A DNA stretch of 64,000 nt, taken from positions 2,568 through 66,567 of the forward strand of contig JBGOZX010000005.1 in assembly GCA_041480425.1 (NCBI GenBank), in the 5' to 3' direction. This document shows positions 1 to 6,996 of the stretch, one piece after another. A program made the translations under genes and the position numbers. The notes below the pieces were generated by a model that saw nothing but the letters and a program-made list of their open reading frames with translations, was not told the origin of the DNA and ran no database searches. How positions within the stretch are numbered: the first letter of the stretch is position 1; the number at the start of each line of letters is the position of its first letter. This DNA comes from Bacteroidia bacterium (GTDB lineage Bacteria; Bacteroidota; Bacteroidia; Bacteroidales; VadinHA17).

Positions 1-41
1 ATTAATGGCATCTTCATAAATAAAGTAAATCTGAAAAAACA

Positions 42-1373
42 ATGAAAAAAATAACAAAAATTAAAATATTTTCGAATAAATATGTGAAGTATAGTCTTTT
101 ACTGATAGCTGGCATTTTTATCGGCTGGTTGTTCTTTCATTCCTCACGAAAAAGCGAAAAGAAGTCAGATCAACTTTCAGAAACGGTTAAGACCACTATC
201 TGGACATGTGCAATGCATCCGCAGATACGAATGTCCGAGCCTGGCAAATGCCCCATCTGCGGAATGGATTTAATCCCGCTCGTCCAGAACAGCATCACCT
301 CTATTGACCCTGCTGCAGTGCATCTGAGTAAAGAGGCTTCAGAACTGGCTAATGTTCTTACCTCTGTAGCGACGAAACAAAAACCGGTTAAAGAGGTGCG
401 TCTTTATGGTAAAATACAGGCTGATGAAAGATTGTTCCAGAGTCAGACAGCCCATGTTCCTGGACGTATCGAAAGACTGTCCGTAAATTTTACAGGGGAA
501 ACGGTTGTAAAAGGTCAGGTCCTTGCGGAAATATATTCACCTGAACTGATTACTGCTCAGCAGGAGTTATTGGAAACAGTTAAAACAAAACAATTACAAC
601 CTGAATTATACGAAGCTTCCAAAGAAAAGCTTCTTCAATGGAAACTTACAGATAATCAGATCGCAGCTATAGAAAATTCAGGAGTTATCCGGAATAATTT
701 TGAGGTCGTATCAAATACTTCGGGCACAGTGACTGCCCGCCGGGTTAACACCGGCGATCATGTCTCACAGGGCACAGTCTTATTTGAAATTGCTGACCTT
801 TCGAATGTATGGGTCATGTTTGACGCTTATGAAAGTGATCTGCAATTCCTTCGCAAAGGAGAAAAAATTTCATTCACCCTTCAGGCATTACCTGGGATAG
901 ATTATACAGGCAAAATAATATTTATAGATCCTGTTATTGACCCTGTTACAAGAGTTGCAAAAGTAAGGGTCGAAACAGGAAATCAATCCGGAAAGCTTAA
1001 GCCTGAAATGTTTGCTACAGGAATTGTCTCTTCTACACTTGCCGAATTCAGTAACAATGTTGTCATACCAAAATCTGCAGTCTTATGGACCGGCAAGCGT
1101 TCTGTTGTGTATGTAAAACAACCGGATTCAGAAGAACCTGTTTTTAAGATCCGTGAAGTTGAACTTGGTCCCATGCTAGGTGAAAGCTATGTCATAATGA
1201 ATGGACTCTCCGAAGGCGAGGAAATTGTTACCAGCGGGACATTCAGTGTTGATGCCGCAGCCCAGCTTGAAGGTAAGCCGAGTATGATGAATCCTGCAGG
1301 TGGAAAAACCTCCACGATGCCGGGAATGGATATGCCTGGCGATAAAAAATCCAATAGCAATGTCAAAAACTAA
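42..1373 (+). CDS. Efflux RND periplasmic adaptor (membrane-fusion protein) with N-terminal heavy-metal-binding domain, CusB/CzcB-like
   Basis: 443-aa ORF. It has an N-terminal TM helix and the motif WTCAMHPQIRMSEPGKCPICGMDL (YHS-like metal-binding module of Cu/Ag adaptors), followed by HlyD-type barrel-sandwich/beta-barrel sequence. The partner pump is presumably upstream of the window. Confidence 0.8.
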   Translation: MKKITKIKIFSNKYVKYSLLLIAGIFIGWLFFHSSRKSEKKSDQLSETVKTTIWTCAMHPQIRMSEPGKCPICGMDLIPLVQNSITSIDPAAVHLSKEASELANVLTSVATKQKPVKEVRLYGKIQADERLFQSQTAHVPGRIERLSVNFTGETVVKGQVLAEIYSPELITAQQELLETVKTKQLQPELYEASKEKLLQWKLTDNQIAAIENSGVIRNNFEVVSNTSGTVTARRVNTGDHVSQGTVLFEIADLSNVWVMFDAYESDLQFLRKGEKISFTLQALPGIDYTGKIIFIDPVIDPVTRVAKVRVETGNQSGKLKPEMFATGIVSSTLAEFSNNVVIPKSAVLWTGKRSVVYVKQPDSEEPVFKIREVELGPMLGESYVIMNGLSEGEEIVTSGTFSVDAAAQLEGKPSMMNPAGGKTSTMPGMDMPGDKKSNSNVKN

Positions 1374-1517
1374 ATACCGGACGCAAAACCACAGAAGAGG
1401 TTATAAAAATTGATGTAAGAATGATATGGAAAAGGTAACAACACAAAATAATAAAACGGGCAATAGCGGAACAATAAATTTTAAATATTCAGTCTTCACT
1501 AACTAAATAATATTAAA

Positions 1518-2120
1518 ATGAAAAATATAATTCTCGGCTTAGCAATAGCAGCTACAACTTTGGTAGCCTGCAATAGCAACAGCAACAAATCAACAGAAAG
1601 TCAAAATAGGAATAAAGATATACAGGCCAAACCACAAACTGATAATCCAATAGTAACAACATCATCTTTTGTGGATACAAAGAATACAGTTTCAATTAAA
1701 GAAATTGTAAGCACTTATTTACAATTAAAAAATGCCTTTACTAATGACAATACCACCGAAGCCGCAAAAGCAGGAACAGCATTAGAAGCCACATTTAAGA
1801 ATTTCGATAAAACCGCTTTAACAGCTGCTCAAAAGAAAACATTTGAAGATGTAGAAGACGATGCAAGAGAACATGCAGAACACATAGGCAAAAACGGTGG
1901 AAATATTGCACATCAACGGGAGCATTTTGAACTGCTGAGCAAAGACATTTACGATCTGGTAAAAGCATTTGGTGGTGGGCAGGTTTTGTATAAAGATTTT
2001 GATCCAATGTTTAATAATGGTAAAGGTGCTTTTTGGCTAAGCGAAACAAAGGAAATTAAAAATCCATATATGGGAAAAGCAATGCTCACAAGCGGTTCAG
2101 TTTTAGAAGAAATAAAATAG
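1518..2120 (+). CDS. Lipoprotein, DUF3347-like accessory protein of metal-efflux islands
   Basis: Signal peptide with lipobox (LVAC). The helical region IVSTYLQLKNAFTNDN...EHAEHI resembles DUF3347 as I recall it. The genomic context is metal efflux. Confidence 0.5.
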   Translation: MKNIILGLAIAATTLVACNSNSNKSTESQNRNKDIQAKPQTDNPIVTTSSFVDTKNTVSIKEIVSTYLQLKNAFTNDNTTEAAKAGTALEATFKNFDKTALTAAQKKTFEDVEDDAREHAEHIGKNGGNIAHQREHFELLSKDIYDLVKAFGGGQVLYKDFDPMFNNGKGAFWLSETKEIKNPYMGKAMLTSGSVLEEIK

Positions 2121-2122
2121 CC

Positions 2123-2587
2123 TTGATCTTTGCAAAAAAAATACTGTTAGCAATAAGTATTGTATTTATTGCAATTCAATTTTTTAGACCTGCACTTAAT
2201 AAAAACAGCCAGGTTCTCGATACTGATATTTCAAAAATAGTAAACATCCCTGACAGTATTCAGGTTATACTGAAAAATGCGTGTTATGACTGCCACAGCA
2301 TTAACACTAACTATCCCTGGTATTCGAATGTTCAGCCGATAGGCTGGTTCCTGGCAAAACATATAACTCAAGGCAAAGATGAGTTGAATTTTAGTGAGTT
2401 TGGCAGTTATTCACCAAGAAGACAGTTAAGCAAAATGAATGGAATTGCAAATAGTATCAGGGACGATATTATGCCCTTGTCGTCTTATAAAATGATGCAC
2501 AAAAATGCACAGCTCAGTACAAATGAAAAGGCGCTCTTGATAAATTGGGCACAGCAATCAAAAGACAGCCTTTCGGTAAAAAATTAA
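2123..2587 (+). CDS. Membrane-anchored heme-binding-domain protein (CxxCH)
   Basis: TTG start 3 nt after the preceding stop. N-terminal TM helix and a single c-type heme motif CYDCHS, followed by PWYSNVQPIGW, typical of the Haem_bd family. Confidence 0.6.
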   Translation: MIFAKKILLAISIVFIAIQFFRPALNKNSQVLDTDISKIVNIPDSIQVILKNACYDCHSINTNYPWYSNVQPIGWFLAKHITQGKDELNFSEFGSYSPRRQLSKMNGIANSIRDDIMPLSSYKMMHKNAQLSTNEKALLINWAQQSKDSLSVKN

Positions 2588-2640
2588 AAACTGAAATGAT
2601 AAACTCAATTAAGTAATTCTTAAAGTTAAAAACTTATATT

Positions 2641-2763
2641 ATGATGAACGGGATGAATAACGGTTGGGGAATGGGTTGGGGCTGGATTATCGGCTTTATC
2701 GTTCTTGTTGTTGTTATTTGGCTGATAGTTAAAGTTGTGAATAAAGACAACAATCCAAAGTAA
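2641..2763 (+). CDS. Small (40 aa) Gly/Trp-rich single-TM membrane protein
   Basis: ATG ORF below the track cutoff: MMNGMNNGWGMGWGWIIGFIVLVVVIWLIVKVVNKDNNPK. It looks like the N-terminal membrane part of SHOCT-type small proteins but has no SHOCT tail. Confidence 0.35.
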   Translation: MMNGMNNGWGMGWGWIIGFIVLVVVIWLIVKVVNKDNNPK

Positions 2764-3041
2764 TCTATACCGATAAAATAGTGAGAGCCATTGCGGTAAA
2801 TGGCTCCAGACCTGGCTCAGACAAACATGGGGATAGCTAAGGCTATGAGTTTCATTTAAGTATAAGTAATTATTAATGCACTACGTCTGAGAAGAAAATG
2901 ATACAGCTAACGAAGAGAACTATATCGCTCCCTGAATGTTATCTTTACAGGAAATAATCAATGACCAAAGTAAAACAAAATCATCATACTTCTCACTGAA
3001 AAAGTCTTTAATAGAAAAAAGAGAATTTAAACAGTTTTAAG

Positions 3042-3692
3042 TTGGAAAGCAATTATTATAAGAAAGTTAAAGGGTTAGCAATATTTACTATTGTATATAA
3101 TATTGTAGAGGGATTGGTATCTGTTTTTCTGGGTGCACACGATGAAACACTTGCTCTTTTCGGATTTGGGGTTGACAGTTTTATTGAGGTCATCTCGGGA
3201 TTTGGTATCCTTCAGATGGTATTGAGGATAAAGATGAACCCTGATTCTCCACGAACCAGGTTCGAGATTACTGCACTACGAATTACCGGTTGGGGTTTTT
3301 ACATCCTTTCTTTGGGTTTGCTGGCCGGTGCAGCTCTCAATTTTTACCTGGGTCATAAACCTGAAACAACATTTTGGGGCATAGTTGTATCTTTGGTGTC
3401 GATCATAGTTATGACAATTTTATACCGGTCGAAAATATATTACGGTAAAAGACTCAAATCAGAGCCTGTTATTGCCGATGGAAGGTGTACCCTGGTATGT
3501 ATTTATATGTCTTTAGTACTACTTGGTTCCAGTGTCATATATGAAATAACCGGATTCGGATGGATTGATACTATCGGAGCATTGGGATTGGCATGGTTCT
3601 CTTTTAATGAGGGGAAGGAAGCTTTTAATAAAGCTAAAGGGAAAGAATGCCTATATTGTGAAGAATCTGAAAAAAATGAGCTAATAACTTGA
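3042..3692 (+). CDS. Cation transporter, CDF-like transmembrane domain only
   Basis: TTG start, about 6 TM helices. The acidic motif ETLALFGFGVDSFIEVISG occupies the position of the CDF TM2 metal site. There is no cytoplasmic C-terminal domain. Confidence 0.5.
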   Translation: MESNYYKKVKGLAIFTIVYNIVEGLVSVFLGAHDETLALFGFGVDSFIEVISGFGILQMVLRIKMNPDSPRTRFEITALRITGWGFYILSLGLLAGAALNFYLGHKPETTFWGIVVSLVSIIVMTILYRSKIYYGKRLKSEPVIADGRCTLVCIYMSLVLLGSSVIYEITGFGWIDTIGALGLAWFSFNEGKEAFNKAKGKECLYCEESEKNELIT

Positions 3693-3698
3693 TAAAAT

Positions 3699-4532
3699 AT
3701 GAAATACAAACTAAAGATACTTAAAGATTTAATGCGGAAATACAACAGTGCAGTCATAGCTTTTTCAGGGGGGGTTGACAGTACATTTCTCGCAAAAATT
3801 GCACATGAAGTTTATGGAGAAAAACTATTGCTCATCACAGCTACATCGAGCACATATCCGTTTTACGAACTTGAAGAAGCGAAATCCCTGGCATTGCTAT
3901 TGGGAATTAAGCACAGAATAATCGTTTCCGAAGAAATAGATATTCCAGGCTATTCCGATAATCCGCCTGATAGATGCTATTATTGTAAAAGTGAGCTGTT
4001 CGGGAAGATAAAATATATTGCCACGGAAGAAGGTTACGAAGCAGTCTTTGACGGCAGTAATGCTGATGATCTGAAAGACTTCCGTCCCGGTATGAAAGCC
4101 AGACATGAAAAAGGTGTTATTTCCCCGCTTACAGAATCTGGTTTTACTAAAAGCGATATCAGGTATTTCTCCGAAAAATTGAATCTGCCAACTGCTGCGA
4201 AACAATCTTATGCCTGTCTAGCGTCACGGTTCCCTTATGGAGAAAAGATAACAAAAGAAAAACTCGACAGACTTGCGATTGCAGAATTTGAAGTCAGGAA
4301 ACTTGGGTTCGCCCAGTTCAGGATCAGGAGTCACGAAAATCTTGCCCGGTTTGAATTTATTCTGTCTGAAATGGATAAAGCCTGGGATCTAAGAGATAAG
4401 CTTGCAGAAATTTGTCATAGATCAGGTTTTAACTATATTACCATTGACCTGAACGGTTACAGAACGGGATCAATGAATGAGGTACTTTCAGATTCGGAAA
4501 AGCTAGATTATCAGAAATCAGATATAAAATAA
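3699..4532 (+). CDS. larE: PP-loop ATP-dependent sulfur transferase, LarE family
   Basis: PP-loop AFSGGVDSTFLA, a CYYC pair, and SYACLASRFPYG, which contains the LarE sulfur-donating/cluster Cys position. Confidence 0.75.
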   Translation: MKYKLKILKDLMRKYNSAVIAFSGGVDSTFLAKIAHEVYGEKLLLITATSSTYPFYELEEAKSLALLLGIKHRIIVSEEIDIPGYSDNPPDRCYYCKSELFGKIKYIATEEGYEAVFDGSNADDLKDFRPGMKARHEKGVISPLTESGFTKSDIRYFSEKLNLPTAAKQSYACLASRFPYGEKITKEKLDRLAIAEFEVRKLGFAQFRIRSHENLARFEFILSEMDKAWDLRDKLAEICHRSGFNYITIDLNGYRTGSMNEVLSDSEKLDYQKSDIK

Positions 4533-4554
4533 TTAATCAGAAAAACCTTACAAT

Positions 4555-5625
4555 ATGCGTTGTAATACTGTCTTAACCAATGATGAAATAAACAAATACA
4601 GCAGGCAGATACGTCTGGTTGAATTAGGAAAGGAAGGACAGGAGAGAATAAAGGGTACATCGGTGCTGGTAATTGGTGCCGGTGCACTAGGGTGTCCGGT
4701 ACTTCAGTATCTGACAGCAGCAGGAGTAGGAATCCTGGGAATCGTGGATAATGACTGGGTGGATGAAACCAACCTGCACAGACAGGTTTTGTACACAATA
4801 AAAGATATCGGTAAACCTAAGCCTCTTGCAGCCAGGGAAAAACTTAAGCTTCTGAATCCCGAAGTTATATTTAAAGTGCATTTTATCCGGTTAGATAAAG
4901 AATCGGCACTGAAAATTATTCCGCAGTATGATATAATTGTCGATTGCACTGACAATTTCGCCACACGCTATTTAATAAATGATGCATGCATAATCCTCAA
5001 TAAACCTATAGTATATGGTGCAATCGATAAGTTCTCGGGACAATTAATGGTGCTGAATTACCACAATGGACCTACGCTCAGGTGCCTTTACCCGGAACCT
5101 CCTCACCCACTTGAAGTACCATCCTGTGATGAGACAGGGGTTATTGGCTCAATAGCAGGAACGATTGGTTCAATGCAAGCAACTGAGGTTATTAAAATAA
5201 TTCTGGAAAAGAAAGAAGTACTTTCGGGTAAACTTTTTGTTATTGATTCCCTGAACTTTACTACACAAATCATCTCTTTTGTAAGGAATTCCGAAAATTC
5301 AAATATTAAGACATTGGGTGATTACAATGATGTCTGTTTATCTGAAAAAGATTCAATAAAGGAAATTTCGGCTAAGGATCTTAAAAAAATGCTACGAAAA
5401 AAGCCTGAAATAACTATAGTCGATTTGAGAGATGAGACTGAAAGAGATGATATAGGGTTTAATTGTATTTCAATACCTTATTATGAAATAAGCAAGAAAA
5501 TTAATCTGATCCGGAACAAAGATCAGGTTGTCTTCTACTGCAAATACGGAGTACAAAGTACTAATGTTATTAATTACCTTCAGAAAGTACATAAGATGGA
5601 AAACCTTTACAATCTTGTTATTTAA
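4555..5625 (+). CDS. ThiF/MoeB/HesA-family adenylyltransferase fused to a C-terminal rhodanese domain
   Basis: YSRQIRL...VLVIGAGALGCPVLQYLTAAGVG nucleotide-binding fold. The C-terminal rhodanese has the active-site loop FYCKYGVQS. Confidence 0.8.
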   Translation: MRCNTVLTNDEINKYSRQIRLVELGKEGQERIKGTSVLVIGAGALGCPVLQYLTAAGVGILGIVDNDWVDETNLHRQVLYTIKDIGKPKPLAAREKLKLLNPEVIFKVHFIRLDKESALKIIPQYDIIVDCTDNFATRYLINDACIILNKPIVYGAIDKFSGQLMVLNYHNGPTLRCLYPEPPHPLEVPSCDETGVIGSIAGTIGSMQATEVIKIILEKKEVLSGKLFVIDSLNFTTQIISFVRNSENSNIKTLGDYNDVCLSEKDSIKEISAKDLKKMLRKKPEITIVDLRDETERDDIGFNCISIPYYEISKKINLIRNKDQVVFYCKYGVQSTNVINYLQKVHKMENLYNLVI

Positions 5626-5634
5626 CTAGTTTTA

Positions 5635-5840
5635 CCCCCCATCCCCCCTGTTTTGCTTCGCTGACCTTGCTGCGCCGAAGCGGCTACGCAAAGGCGCAGA
5701 GCTTCGCGCAGCGCCGTCGGCGCTCCGTCGCTGAAGCTTTGGAGCGTAGGCGACAAGCCTTAGGCGGCCGATGGAAAGCGAAGAAGGGGGGCTTAATAAA
5801 AGATACCGATTTAATAACCCCCTTTAGGTGGCAGGGGGTG
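5635..5840. repeat. G+C-rich structured intergenic element (family 2), bounded by C-runs and G-runs
   Basis: C6 runs at 5635-5648 and TTTGCTTCGCT (5652-5662) pair with GAAAGCGAAG (5774-5783) plus G6. The 111-nt GC-rich insert contains nested GCTTCGC/GCGAAGC-type hairpins. A second hairpin is CCCCCT(5817-5822)/AGGGGG(5833-5838). The element lies between the convergent 3' ends of the moeB-like gene and dinB. Confidence 0.6.
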
Positions 5841-5850
5841 AAAAAGAGGT

Positions 5851-6915
5851 TCAAGCATCAAAGAGAAACAACTGCCTGTCATCACATTCATCCGATTCCA
5901 GGTTTGAAACACTTACCCCTAATAACCTTATCCTGCTGCCTTCGAGCTGAAGCGATCTGCGAATCTCTGAAACCTCCTTATGAAGGGTACCAAATTCACG
6001 AATATAATTCTGCAATGTTTTACTCCGGGTTATCTGCCTGAAATCGGAAAACTTAACCTTCAGAGTGATTGTCCTCCCCGTAGTTCCCGAATGTTCAAGC
6101 CGTTCCATCAGCTCTTTTTCAAGCTTATACAGCTCTGCAATAATCTCAAAACGGGTTGTCAGGTCTTTTTCATAAGTGAGCTCCGTACCTAACGATTTGC
6201 GTTCAGTATTTGTCTCAACTGGTCGGTCATCAATACCTCTTACAATATCAAAATAGAATTTACCGACCTTTCCGAAATTCCTTATCAGAGCCAGCAAGTC
6301 CCATTGTTTCAGGTCTGAGCCGTTGTGAATTCCCAGCTTATGCATCTTTTCGGCAGTCACCCTGCCTATACCATAAAACTTTTCGACAGGCAGCCCTTCT
6401 ATAAATTTCTGAGCCTCCTCAGGAGGTATAAGAAAAAGACCATCGGGCTTCTTAATATCTGAAGCAATCTTTGCAAGGAACTTATTAACGGATATCCCTG
6501 CAGAGGCCGTAAGACCAGTTCTTCGTTTTATCTCCTCCCTTATTTCAGTTGCTATTTTTGTTGCCGATCCTATTCCCTTTTTATCAATAGTAACATCAAG
6601 AAATGCTTCATCAATCGAAAGAGGTTCAACCACATCGGTATATTCCTTAAATATCTCAAATACTTTCTCTGAAATTTCATTATACCTTTCAAATCTGTGC
6701 CTGACAAATATCAGGTCGGGGCAAAGTCTTTTTGCGATCACCGATGGCATTGCCGATCTGACTCCGAATTTTCTGGCTTCATAACTGGCTGCAGCAACTA
6801 CACTCCTTTCACCGCTCCCTCCTACTGCAACAGGCTTGCCTTTAAGTTCAGGATTGTCCAGCTGTTCTACAGATGCGAAAAATGCATCCATGTCTATATG
6901 TATTATCTTCTTCAA
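5851..6915 (-). CDS. dinB: DNA polymerase IV (Y-family translesion polymerase)
   Basis: MKKIIHIDMDAFFASVEQLDNPELKGKPVAVGG and SIDEAFLDV motifs; 354 aa. Confidence 0.95.
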   Translation of the reverse strand: MKKIIHIDMDAFFASVEQLDNPELKGKPVAVGGSGERSVVAAASYEARKFGVRSAMPSVIAKRLCPDLIFVRHRFERYNEISEKVFEIFKEYTDVVEPLSIDEAFLDVTIDKKGIGSATKIATEIREEIKRRTGLTASAGISVNKFLAKIASDIKKPDGLFLIPPEEAQKFIEGLPVEKFYGIGRVTAEKMHKLGIHNGSDLKQWDLLALIRNFGKVGKFYFDIVRGIDDRPVETNTERKSLGTELTYEKDLTTRFEIIAELYKLEKELMERLEHSGTTGRTITLKVKFSDFRQITRSKTLQNYIREFGTLHKEVSEIRRSLQLEGSRIRLLGVSVSNLESDECDDRQLFLFDA

Positions 6916-6996
6916 TTCAAAATAAAACTAAAAAGAAAATATTTTGAAATTTATTGTACTTTAACCATTATTGCAAATCAATTAAAGATTCAATTT

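Noticed and set aside
2764-3041. Possible metal riboswitch (NiCo/czcD or yybP-ykoY Mn type) in the 280-nt leader of the CDF-like transporter
   Set aside because: Only a local hairpin (GAGCCAT-TGCGGTAA-ATGGCTC) and a GGGGATAGC string are present. The conserved cores I remember for these riboswitches are not recognisable. An Rfam scan would be needed to reopen this.
5667-6041. 124-aa Arg/Ala-rich ORF (MLRRSGYAKAQSFAQRRRRS...)
   Set aside because: It runs through the GC-rich hairpin repeat and then antisense into dinB. Its composition reflects the repeat, there is no recognisable domain, and it overlaps a confident gene.
6697-6996. N-terminal 100 codons of the 1077-aa SNF2 ORF as given in the track
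   Set aside because: This part is antisense to the 5' end of dinB (up to 6915) and encodes low-complexity sequence. The real start is more likely the in-frame TTG at 6997, downstream of dinB.
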